From positions 124,001 through 188,000 of the IMG/VR virus record IMGVR_UViG_3300047472_000309: a stretch of 64,000 nt of DNA. The stretch is one strand, 5' to 3'. The notes under the pieces are model-generated. The model was not told where the DNA came from. It ran no database searches and worked only from the letters and a program-made list of their open reading frames with translations. The position numbers were made by a program, and so were the translations under genes. Shown here in pieces: positions 10,724 through 19,349 of this stretch (positions within the stretch are counted from its first letter, which is position 1; each line of letters opens with the position of its first letter).

Positions 10724-10740
10724 GTAATATAGGGCTGAAA
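10724..10740 (-). promoter_or_regulatory. phiKZ-type early promoter (TTTCA-N4-TATATTAC)
   Basis: minus strand TTTCAGCCCTATATTAC; TATATTAC is the phiKZ early promoter core and the motif recurs intergenically. Confidence 0.7.
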
Positions 10741-10750
10741 GTCGTTTCAA

Positions 10751-11158
10751 TCAGAAGGGAAGCAGCCAAGCCAGCACGACGGCAAGGATTCCCACTACAA
10801 CGAATGCCCCCAGGACTGTTGCCACGCCGGAGTCCCCTTTACAGGTGACGCTTACGTCACTCGCCCCGTGTTCTTCTGTCTTCTCGACCCCGCTCGGACA
10901 CAGGTCATGATAACTGCTGCCGTGTCCAACGTAATACGTGCGCGGCACCACATGCGCTTCTTCGTGGAAACTGCTGCTGTGGCCACCCTCGCTCCCATGG
11001 GGTGAACTGTGCCCTTCCCCACTGGCGTGACCACTCGCATGTCCGCCACCGCCGTGTCCACCTCCGCCCCCGCGCGCAAAGGCCAGCGGTATGCACACCA
11101 ACATGGCGATCATAAACGTGAGAATAAACCCCGCTATTACTATTTTGGTCTTTTTCAT
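10751..11158 (-). CDS. Gly/His-rich membrane protein
   Basis: N- and C-terminal hydrophobic segments around a GGGGGGHGGGGH low-complexity stretch. Confidence 0.7.
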   Translation of the reverse strand: MKKTKIVIAGFILTFMIAMLVCIPLAFARGGGGGHGGGGHASGHASGEGHSSPHGSEGGHSSSFHEEAHVVPRTYYVGHGSSYHDLCPSGVEKTEEHGASDVSVTCKGDSGVATVLGAFVVVGILAVVLAWLLPF

Positions 11159-11265
11159 TGCTTGTTATCCTAGTGTCAAAGCACGCCTACAATACATGCC
11201 CTCATCGTGTCAAAAAAAGATTGGCGGCATAAACGGGAGCCCGAAGGCTCCCGCAGATGCGCCGA

Positions 11266-11571
11266 TTAGGCGTTCTTCTTGATGAGCGCCCAGATGACAG
11301 TCCACTTGCCGGTCCGATACAGGAAATAGGCAGCAGCCGCCAACCAGAGCCACAGTGGCAAAGACGTCAGGAAGTACAGCGCCGTCACCACAGCCACGAT
11401 CACAACCTTCGTCGTGATGAGAGTGGGTGCCAGGCCGAACTTCGCAACCGCCTTTTGCAACCATTCCGAAGCATCCGCCATGCTATTCTTGAGAATTGCG
11501 TACTGGCCGAACGCGTCGGAGAATTGCAGTGCCACCACAGCCAAGAAGACGAAGAAGACGAGTTGCGTCAT
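11266..11571 (-). CDS. small membrane protein
   Basis: MTQLVFFVFLAV start after GAGG; about 3 hydrophobic segments. Confidence 0.65.
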   Translation of the reverse strand: MTQLVFFVFLAVVALQFSDAFGQYAILKNSMADASEWLQKAVAKFGLAPTLITTKVVIVAVVTALYFLTSLPLWLWLAAAAYFLYRTGKWTVIWALIKKNA

Positions 11572-11953
11572 GTTGACCTCGAGGAAAGGATTACCAGGGT
11601 ACTGCACATGATAATCCTTTTCTTTTTTCACCCTATCTTCACGCAGGTGAAACCCTCGAATGTCGTGTAGCCATTGTTCGACAGCCACTCATTGAGCTCG
11701 GCCAGCTCGTCATGCCAGTCCTGAGGGATCGCCTTCTTGGCCTCGAAGTAGCGTCCCATCGCCTCGACGATTTCTTGAGCACGCAGCTCAGCGACGATAA
11801 AACGCGGGCGCAAGCCCAGTGGCGGAGCTTTAGTCTCGGCTACCATGGTCATCCCCAAACAGATTGATACAGACGACGCAGTCGCCCTCGGCGGTATGCC
11901 AGCGCACACATCGACACACCTGACAGTACTTGCTGGTGGCCTTCTTCCAGATA

Positions 11954-12271
11954 CTAAACATTGCGATTCTCCTTGTTGGGCGCGGGACATTGCTCCAGCA
12001 GTGCCTTGAGCTGGCGCGTATAGTAGCGCACCAGTTCACCATTGAAATCGCGCACCGCAAGCATGCCCTTATCCACATACTCGACCACCAGGCCGTGGCT
12101 CTGCGGATCAGGGTACTTCATGTCGAGGGCTCGATTAGTCGTTTCGCGAAACTCTACGAGCGTTTCGATAAAGCGGTAGGTCTTCTTACCGGTCGGGCCG
12201 GGAAGGAGTTTGGCCCACCACTTCAGGAACGCGTAGTAATGCCGTTCGAAGAAGCTTACTTTCATGCTCAC
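11954..12271 (-). CDS. hypothetical protein
   Basis: 105 aa ORF in operon. Confidence 0.6.
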   Translation of the reverse strand: MSMKVSFFERHYYAFLKWWAKLLPGPTGKKTYRFIETLVEFRETTNRALDMKYPDPQSHGLVVEYVDKGMLAVRDFNGELVRYYTRQLKALLEQCPAPNKENRNV

Positions 12272-12285
12272 TCACCTTCCTGATT

Positions 12286-12705
12286 TCAAACGTTGGGTAA
12301 TGCGTCCAGGGCTTGACGATCTTTGTCCGAGAGCATGTAGTGCATGCGTGACAAGCCGCGCGCATCATTGGACTCAAACTCCTTGTCATGATCCTCGGTT
12401 TGGAGGGCAATTTTCATGATCCGGTCGGGCCCGAAGCGTAAACGGTCTATGCCGCGACTATGCGCCACCCAGACGGCCGCAAACACCTTGGGGGAGGTGT
12501 AGGGCTTACCATCATCGTACTCGACCGCATAGCCCTTCTCCTGGAGAATCTGACGGATCTCCCCATAGAACAAAGTAGCCAGCCGCTTGACACGAAAGTT
12601 GCGCAGATACTTCGGATTGCCCTTGATAATGATCGCGAGCTTGTGCTTGGCTTCTTCGGCCGCATCGAAAACTTTGAGTCGTCGATCGATTTCCACTTGT
12701 TCCAC
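12286..12705 (-). CDS. hypothetical protein (possible hydrolase-like, AHSRG motif)
   Basis: 139 aa; A-H-S-R-G resembles a nucleophile elbow. Confidence 0.55.
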   Translation of the reverse strand: MEQVEIDRRLKVFDAAEEAKHKLAIIIKGNPKYLRNFRVKRLATLFYGEIRQILQEKGYAVEYDDGKPYTSPKVFAAVWVAHSRGIDRLRFGPDRIMKIALQTEDHDKEFESNDARGLSRMHYMLSDKDRQALDALPNV

Positions 12706-12806
12706 TGTGCCCCCTATCGCGGCGGATACTTGTTACCCCAGACCAGTACCAGGATCAGCACACCTACGAAGATCCAGACCCGACTCACGGATTTCTTTTT
12801 CATGCT

Positions 12807-13160
12807 TTACTCCATGCGCACGATCTGATCGATCTTGCCATTATCGAGCTTAAAGCCCACGACCACTCGACTAACCGGGGTGTCGGGATCACTGGCTTTA
12901 GCAAAGTCCATGTGGTGAACGATCAACTCGCAGTGCACCGGCTCCTGAGTGTCGAGATGCTTGAGCACTGCAGCACGATCAATGCCGAGGCCAGTGCCGA
13001 TCTTGACCGGGCCATGACGATCCACTTGTCCTCGTACCGTATCGGCAAGATACTCGAACATGTCGGGCGTAGCACCGTAGTTGCGCAGGATGTCGTAGAT
13101 TTCATCCAGCGTATGCTCGTCTGTATCAGCCAGCGGTTCCAGGTATTTCTTTTCCTGCAT
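12807..13160 (-). CDS. hypothetical protein
   Basis: 117 aa, ACAAGGAG RBS. Confidence 0.7.
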   Translation of the reverse strand: MQEKKYLEPLADTDEHTLDEIYDILRNYGATPDMFEYLADTVRGQVDRHGPVKIGTGLGIDRAAVLKHLDTQEPVHCELIVHHMDFAKASDPDTPVSRVVVGFKLDNGKIDQIVRME

Positions 13161-13222
13161 GCTCGCTCCTTGTTTGATGTCATAAGCGGGAGAGGTTCCG
13201 CGCCTCTCCCGTCAGTCCTCGT

Positions 13223-13648
13223 TTACTGCAGTGTCAGTCCGGCTTGATTGGTCCGGCCCACACGACGCGGCGCCACCACTTCCTCGCCCCGGCGCGGGCG
13301 CAGCTTCACGCCTTCCAGCAGCCACGGCTGGTTATCCCGCAACCACGCCACGTCCTTGGTAATGGTGCCGGTGGAGAGCTTAAAGCACTTGGCGATGATC
13401 GTCTGCTTCATGCCCGCTTTCATCATCTTGGCAACAAACGCTCGGCGCGGCTCCACTGCCATCCAGTAGGCGAATTCCTCCACCCCATTGCGAAAGAGCT
13501 TTGCCTCGTAGCCCTTGTCAACCTGAACGACGACAAGCTTGAGAAACAGGAATTTGTGTATCGTAATCTGCACGTACTTTCGGCTGTTCTCGTACTTATC
13601 GTAGATTTCGTCGATGTACTGCTTCGCCCGGTCCATCTTCTTTGCCAT
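13223..13648 (-). CDS. HTH DNA-binding protein
   Basis: start MAKKMDR after ACAAGGA; C-terminal GMKQTIIAKCFKLSTGTITKDV helix-turn-helix. Confidence 0.65.
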   Translation of the reverse strand: MAKKMDRAKQYIDEIYDKYENSRKYVQITIHKFLFLKLVVVQVDKGYEAKLFRNGVEEFAYWMAVEPRRAFVAKMMKAGMKQTIIAKCFKLSTGTITKDVAWLRDNQPWLLEGVKLRPRRGEEVVAPRRVGRTNQAGLTLQ

Positions 13649-13809
13649 TTCAGTTCCTTGTAACAATTGTAGAGTAACGACTAATGCGGGGCTTTGCGCC
13701 CTCTCATCTACGGGTAGTAGCTTACCCATACGAAGTGCCCAGCGCGTAAAAATCACATTCCTTCGAAATAACGGCATAAGAGGAGAGCCGAAGCTCTCCC
13801 CCAATACCT

Positions 13810-14372
13810 GAAGCGTCGATTGCAAAGTCCTGTGGACAGGGATAAGCAAAAGCTTTGACTCTATGCGACTCGAATGCACTTCCGACTATACTTACCAGAC
13901 AGGGTGGCCATCCCAGCAAGTAAGTACACCCGGCTGCGCATTCCCAGCCCGACGTAGACGCAGCGGCCGCGGTGAAAACCGCAGGCGCCACTAGGCGAAC
14001 AAGTCCCGTAACGGCCGCACAAGGAAGACGGGCGTAACAACTCCGGGCTGGCACGTCGGGTTACCCCGGTTACCAACGAATCGCGAAGAAGCGAGACTAG
14101 ACGCAGTATCGGTACTGGAAACAAACAACTTACTGGTGTTTGCGTCACCAGTCGTACGATTCGTGGCACCCTTCGCGCGCAAACGCGATCTCGTCCACAC
14201 GTAGGTACCTCCGCTAATCGTGAGTCACGGAGTCACAGGCGAAACTCGCCTGAATCTTGCTTGCAGCAAGTCTGGAAGCACTATCGACTCGGTCTGATCC
14301 ACAAGGTCCAGTCAGCGGCAGGTCAGTGCATGCAAAGGAGAGGGCGTAGTTTCACGTCCGACAATGCTTCCA
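13810..14372. ncRNA. candidate large structured ncRNA
   Basis: ~560 nt with no credible ORF and many nested inverted repeats, between the tRNA-like cluster and a terminator. Confidence 0.5.
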
Positions 14373-14394
14373 AATTTGATGGCAGAAGAAAACT

Positions 14395-14520
14395 TGGTTC
14401 CGTCAGGTTGGTATCGAACCAACGACCTCCGTCTGGTTGGTGAGTGGGAGAGTCCACCCTACCTGGTCGGTAGGTGGGCCCACTCTGATGACGGCGCTCT
14501 ACCAACTGAGCTACTGCGGA
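14395..14520 (-). ncRNA. tRNA-like RNA 1 (anticodon loop replaced by a long hairpin)
   Basis: TCCGCAG-TA-GCTCAGTTGGTAGAGC-G-CCGTC-[insert]-GACGG-AGGTC-GTTGGTTCGATACCAAC-CTGACGGA-A-CCA. Confidence 0.8.
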
Positions 14521-14544
14521 CACTGAGGTACAACGGTAAAAGGA

Positions 14545-14677
14545 TGGTTCCAAGCGACACGAATCGAACGTGTGACCTCCCGTCTGTGTATACCAACTCC
14601 ACCACTTCCCAATACTGGGAAGCCCGGATTCGAACCGGGGGAACTACGGGCACTCTTCCAAACTGAGCTACGCTGGA
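14545..14677 (-). ncRNA. tRNA-like RNA 2 (anticodon loop replaced by a circularly permuted tRNA module)
   Basis: TCCAGCG-TA-GCTCAGTTTGGAAGAGT-G-CCCGT-[T arm, closed acceptor hairpin, D arm]-ACGGG-AGGTC-ACACGTTCGATTCGTGT-CGCTTGGA-A-CCA. Confidence 0.8.
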
Positions 14678-14702
14678 CACTGATACAACTACAACGAATT
14701 CT

Positions 14703-14787
14703 TGGTAGAGAGGGTGCGATTTGAACGCACGAAGGCAGAGCCACCGGATTTACAGTCCGGCCCTTTTAACCACTCAGGCACCTCTCT
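14703..14787 (-). tRNA. tRNA-Tyr(GTA)
   Basis: AGAGAGG acceptor, D loop with GG, CCGGA-CTGTAAA-TCCGG anticodon arm, long variable arm, GTTCAAATC T loop, ACCA end. Confidence 0.95.
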
Positions 14788-14799
14788 ATTGCTGCATAT

Positions 14800-15531
14800 C
14801 TATACCACGTTCTGATAAGACTTGCCGTTGATGATGTCAGAGATCAACGAATGATGAGCGCCGTACTGACGACCAATCTCCCGCATTCCCATCGTCCCCT
14901 TCAACTGGCGAATCTCTCGAACCTGTTCTTCTGTGAACCGAGAACTACCCACTTCTGTCCCCTGCAGAATAGGAACCAAGTTATTAGCATAGGCGTGCTG
15001 GGTATTCTCTTTGTACGTCGCCCATTCAAGATTCGTGTCGCGATTGTCGATCTTCACCGCGTTCAGGTGATTAACGATTGGCTTGTTATCTGGGTTAGGG
15101 ACAAAAGCTTTTGCGACTTCACGACTCGTCTTGATTGCGCGATTCACTCCATTGCGACCACCGATCTTGGTGATGTGATGGAGATAGTTGCCATCTACTA
15201 AATTTTGCGACACAACGCGATTTGTCCGCTTCGAATACAAATCTCCGTTTCGAGTGACCAGGAAATAATCTTCCAGGCCCTCAATCGGTTTCGCGTCGTT
15301 ATGAGGACTTGGGTCATCGGCGGTTCGCTTACGAATCTCGCCGTCCTCAATAATTAGGTTGAGAGGGAAAGGCTCCCCATCTTCCATTTCCTGCTCAAAC
15401 TGGTCCAGCGGGCGAAGCTCGTGCGTGTTACCCGATTCTTTCAAATGGGTGATCAACATGAATTCTTTGCCGTTCTTGTCTTTTGTTTGTCGCAGAACCC
15501 ATTCGTCCAAATTAGGCATTACCAAAGGCAT
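14800..15531 (-). CDS. HNH homing endonuclease (NUMOD4-HNH-HTH type)
   Basis: IEGLEDYFLVTRNGDLYS (NUMOD4-like), VAKAFVPNPDNKPIVNHLNAVKIDNRDTNLEWATYKENTQHAY (HNH), C-terminal HTH. Confidence 0.9.
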   Translation of the reverse strand: MPLVMPNLDEWVLRQTKDKNGKEFMLITHLKESGNTHELRPLDQFEQEMEDGEPFPLNLIIEDGEIRKRTADDPSPHNDAKPIEGLEDYFLVTRNGDLYSKRTNRVVSQNLVDGNYLHHITKIGGRNGVNRAIKTSREVAKAFVPNPDNKPIVNHLNAVKIDNRDTNLEWATYKENTQHAYANNLVPILQGTEVGSSRFTEEQVREIRQLKGTMGMREIGRQYGAHHSLISDIINGKSYQNVV

Positions 15532-15662
15532 GCTTTATCCTTCAAAAAGTGGGAACTACTAGAGAGGGCGTTGAGGACACGCACGACGTTCACACAAGCT
15601 TCTGGTTAGGAAGCTCATGCAAGCATCACCCTCTCTAATAGATGCTCAGACGCGGTAAAAAG

Positions 15663-16544
15663 TTACTTTACGTCGTAGTCTGGATCGAAACACATGTGGC
15701 TATAGTTCACCAGCATGTCCGTGAGATCGATGATTTGGAACTGCCAGTGTGAGCCAATATTCGCCGCAGGCGGCACGTAGTCTTTCCCCGCGATCTTCGC
15801 TTCACTGTCATCGAAGTCCACGTAGTGAAACACCCCGGCCAAAATCTGATCGAGTGTACGCCGCGCGCTTTCTGCGTCCACGAATGACTGGATCTTGTTG
15901 CCAAGCCTGGCCCACTGGACTGTATCCTTCTCAGGATTCTGAGAATGAAACTCGAACCCGGCAAAATAGAGAATCGTGTTTTCCAATACCAGCCGCAAAA
16001 CGAACATACCTGCCTCCTTTTTCGCGTTGACGTCTTTGTGGTGAGAACCTCCCGGCTCGAACTCCTTCACCGGCACGTACCATTTGCCCTCATTCACGCT
16101 CGCCAGGATCTTGGCTTTCATGGCCACGAAGCTGTGACCGTAAAGATGAGCGATCTTGCGAGCCATCGTATCGAGATCGGGATAAACTTCGGAGATCGGG
16201 GTGCCGAGGGTGACTTCTTCGTACACCTGCCAGGCGGTAGCTTCCTGGATCGTCCAGGCAGGTGTATAGTCGGTCGCTACCGGCCGCTCCCCGTAATAAT
16301 GTTCCATGCTCATGTCCAGCGCATGGCCGTCGCGTTTAGTCCAACCGTGTAAATCCCGACCATCCGAGCGCACCCCAACCAAGGTGTACACTTCGTTGGA
16401 TTCATCCCAGCGTCGCCGACACTCGTCCCAGTGCTGTTGGTGCGCACCTAACTTGGTGCCGTCCATTAGCGGGATGTAGCGACCCAGTGCGTCGCGCGGA
16501 TGTTGCCAATCCGGAGCCACTCGACGGTATGCAATCTTACCCAT
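15663..16544 (-). CDS. hypothetical protein, paralog of 18200..18718
   Basis: shared WQHP...Y.PL.DG and YE..TLGTP.S motifs. Confidence 0.75.
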   Translation of the reverse strand: MGKIAYRRVAPDWQHPRDALGRYIPLMDGTKLGAHQQHWDECRRRWDESNEVYTLVGVRSDGRDLHGWTKRDGHALDMSMEHYYGERPVATDYTPAWTIQEATAWQVYEEVTLGTPISEVYPDLDTMARKIAHLYGHSFVAMKAKILASVNEGKWYVPVKEFEPGGSHHKDVNAKKEAGMFVLRLVLENTILYFAGFEFHSQNPEKDTVQWARLGNKIQSFVDAESARRTLDQILAGVFHYVDFDDSEAKIAGKDYVPPAANIGSHWQFQIIDLTDMLVNYSHMCFDPDYDVK

Positions 16545-16939
16545 TAGAAACCTGCCTGTTTAACTTGATGTTGCAAAAGCGCGATGAAGCGATCGAGCTT
16601 GACATGGTCGACGTACGTGGGCCACGAACAGCCCAGAAAGAAATGCGTGAGCACGCCCAGCATCTCAGCGCGCATCATCGTGTCAATCGAGCCCGCCAAG
16701 ACGAGCGCGGTTCGCTCACGGATGTAGAGGGAGAGAATCTGTTCGGCTTGCGCAGGCAGCAGATCGACTTTGGCTTCCTCAGACCAAAGTTCAGCGACTT
16801 CCGCGTACGCTTCATCGGGCACCACCATGTAGCGATGATTCAGAAGCTCTATTGACTGTTGCCAGCGCGCATTGACGATAAAGCCCTGGTGCTCATCCTC
16901 GGCCATCTTCAAGGTATTCTGAGCGCTATCGATAAACAT
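16544..16939 (-). CDS. hypothetical protein
   Basis: 131 aa, translationally coupled. Confidence 0.7.
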   Translation of the reverse strand: MFIDSAQNTLKMAEDEHQGFIVNARWQQSIELLNHRYMVVPDEAYAEVAELWSEEAKVDLLPAQAEQILSLYIRERTALVLAGSIDTMMRAEMLGVLTHFFLGCSWPTYVDHVKLDRFIALLQHQVKQAGF

Positions 16940-17403
16940 CAGAATTCCCCTTCAGCCAGAAACTTGAGCAAGTAGGGTAGCAGATTCGACACCCCATCTT
17001 CCGTCAGATGCATGCGTGAACGGAGTTCCGAGCCCGGATGTGCTTGCAGATTGCGTTGCACCTGGTCCGGCTCCACGCCGAGCCATAACGCAGGTGCACT
17101 CGCCAGACTGCTTTCTTGCAAACTGCAATCTTGTCCGTACAAGTCCTTGAACAGCACGCGCGTGGCGCCGCGCCGAGTTTCAATCTCGATCTGGCGCCGC
17201 ACTGGGTGCTTCATCTGTGCCTCGAACTGCTCGTGTAGGACATTGATCGGATTGCGCTCTTGACCCGGCAAACCATCCAAGTCGCGTGTCGCTTGCAATT
17301 CCTGGATGTGGTGCTCCGGACCATTGAGAGCCCGTAACAGAGTACGCAAGGCTTCGGCATCGACGGCGACGTAACGGGTATATTTGAAAACGCTCATGCT
17401 CAT
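16939..17403 (-). CDS. conserved phage hypothetical protein
   Basis: FKDLYGQDCSLQESSLA...LWLGV...RMHLT motif, a common phage domain. Confidence 0.7.
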   Translation of the reverse strand: MSMSVFKYTRYVAVDAEALRTLLRALNGPEHHIQELQATRDLDGLPGQERNPINVLHEQFEAQMKHPVRRQIEIETRRGATRVLFKDLYGQDCSLQESSLASAPALWLGVEPDQVQRNLQAHPGSELRSRMHLTEDGVSNLLPYLLKFLAEGEF

Positions 17404-18080
17404 TTTCCTTGTACGTGAGTGTCAAACGTCCAGTTCTTGATGTCGCTGGCTTGGATGAAGGGGAATGCTTTACGCAACTCCTGCGTGACGTTCTTACGGG
17501 CGTCACTACCCGTCATCATCAGCGACAGGTCAAAGAGCGGGTGCTGCAACGAGAAGTAGTGATGCTGGCCGAAGATCGTCACTTCACCGGTCATGCCGCG
17601 CCGCCGGGAGGTCGTCTTGTTGTGGCAGTCCGTGGTGAACACCACGTCCGAATCCATCGCAAGTGTGATGGGCGTACAGCGCTTGACGGCAGCGCCGATA
17701 CGGCTTTCAACATGACGACCACGTCGCTGGAAGAAGTTGTGGAACTCCTTTGCTACGCGGTAGTTCTCGGACTCATTGGGTGCTTTCTGCATCCAACTAT
17801 TGAGGACGAGTTCACCGAACTGTGCGATGAAGTTTTCGTCTGTCAACATCGCCTTGATGTAATCGACTGTATTCTCGGCATCGCGGAGGTCCACAGGTCC
17901 GGCTTCGACATAGTGGGTCATCTGCAAATAAACCTTGACGGCTTTGTTGGTCTTCTTGTTGCCGAGCGTGATGAACCAGTTGGGTAGGTCCGCTACCTTC
18001 TTCACCTGCTTGGGAAGCGCGATGAAAGTGAACTTGCAATAGGAGTTTTCCAACGTGATCGGATTTGCGTTTGCAGTCAT
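17400..18080 (-). CDS. hypothetical protein
   Basis: probable start MTANANP; the longer track ORF overlaps the upstream gene. Confidence 0.65.
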   Translation of the reverse strand: MTANANPITLENSYCKFTFIALPKQVKKVADLPNWFITLGNKKTNKAVKVYLQMTHYVEAGPVDLRDAENTVDYIKAMLTDENFIAQFGELVLNSWMQKAPNESENYRVAKEFHNFFQRRGRHVESRIGAAVKRCTPITLAMDSDVVFTTDCHNKTTSRRRGMTGEVTIFGQHHYFSLQHPLFDLSLMMTGSDARKNVTQELRKAFPFIQASDIKNWTFDTHVQGK

Positions 18081-18199
18081 TGTAACGTTCTCTATAGTGG
18101 GGTCGGGCACGCATTCGTAGCGGGCTTGGACACCAAGGTCATAAACGGCGAGGGTATAACCCCTCGCCCAAAGTGCTCTACTGCGAGACGCATCTACCA

Positions 18200-18718
18200 T
18201 CAGGCGGGTTGGAGCAACACATCCTCGATAAGAATGGTGTTGATCTTCTCCCGCATCAGCTGGCCAAAGGTAAAGCCCTGGCACAACTGTAACCAACCGG
18301 TAAAGGTCAGTCGCCGAGTCGGACAGAGCGTGACATTGTGGGTCACACACCAATCCGCCAACTCGTTTTCGGTCGGAAACGCCGGGGATAAAGGCGTACC
18401 CAACGTGAGCGTTTCGTACAACATAAAGCTGGTGGCTTGCTCGGGTTTCCAGACGGGCATGTACTGGTCTTGATGGGGCACGTTGCCGTAATACTGGTGA
18501 AAACAAGTCTGACAGATACCTGCCTCACGCCGAGTGATCCACTCTTTCGCGTTCAGGGGGTCTCGTACCATCCCGAGCTCCCACATCCGGCGATTTTCTT
18601 CATACCGCTGGAGGTCACTTTCAAAGCGACTTCCGTCCAACAGTGGGACATACAGCTTGTCGTTTAACTTCGGGTGCTGCCAATCTACGGCTACCTTACG
18701 AACTTCGCGACTCATCAC
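18200..18718 (-). CDS. hypothetical protein, paralog of 15663..16544
   Basis: WQHP motif family. Confidence 0.75.
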   Translation of the reverse strand: MMSREVRKVAVDWQHPKLNDKLYVPLLDGSRFESDLQRYEENRRMWELGMVRDPLNAKEWITRREAGICQTCFHQYYGNVPHQDQYMPVWKPEQATSFMLYETLTLGTPLSPAFPTENELADWCVTHNVTLCPTRRLTFTGWLQLCQGFTFGQLMREKINTILIEDVLLQPA

Positions 18719-18742
18719 TTATCTCCTGTTGGTGATGCCTTG

Positions 18743-19234
18743 CTAGGTCGACAAGACAAGCTGATACTGCCTATACTCGACTTCGCCGGTGAGACAGTGC
18801 CGGAGAGCAACAGCGTCCCACATGGCGTTGTGTTGTACAGCGCCCTTAGGTGGATTCAAATACGGGTCCACCCGTTTAACTTCGAAAGCAATGCCCGGAA
18901 TGTCAATCATCTTGCCCGGTCCCGTAATCAGCAACTCGCTGAAATACTTCACGTCATCGGGCCAGTCGGTGACAATACAGACTTCGCCTTCTTCCTCTTG
19001 CAAAAATGCTTGCAGGAGGTCCTGAAACGCGCGATACGACTGGTGATGGCAGGTAATACCGCGCGGCACAGATCCGAGGTACGGCACCACGTTGTTCGTC
19101 ACCCACCCGTCTAACTGCTCTAGCGGGGGCGGAAACACGTTATATAGCGCAGTACCGTCTTCTTTGATGAGGCCGACGGAGATGACCTCACCCTTGTAAC
19201 TATTGAATTCAAAATCCGTGAATATGCGTTTCAT
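18743..19234 (-). CDS. DEDDh 3'-5' exonuclease (RNase AS/Rv2179c-like)
   Basis: IFTDFEFNS...ISVGLIKEDG (ExoI) and HNAMWDA (ExoIII). Confidence 0.8.
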   Translation of the reverse strand: MKRIFTDFEFNSYKGEVISVGLIKEDGTALYNVFPPPLEQLDGWVTNNVVPYLGSVPRGITCHHQSYRAFQDLLQAFLQEEEGEVCIVTDWPDDVKYFSELLITGPGKMIDIPGIAFEVKRVDPYLNPPKGAVQHNAMWDAVALRHCLTGEVEYRQYQLVLST

Positions 19235-19349
19235 TACTTCTTCCCTTTGTCTAAGTTATTGCCCTACTCAGAGAAGTAATATGTCGCCCAAACTGGTTTC
19301 ATTAGGGCATAAACCAGAGCCCCTGCTCTGGACAACTTTTATTCTGGTT

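Noticed and set aside
14395-14677. tmRNA or intron-containing tRNAs
   Set aside because: No G3-U70 Ala identity or tag ORF; inserts of ~55-60 nt are too short for group I introns and show no clear bulge-helix-bulge motif.
13861-14744. Short ORFs across the tRNA/ncRNA region
   Set aside because: They overlap clear RNA structures, have no RBS and atypical composition.
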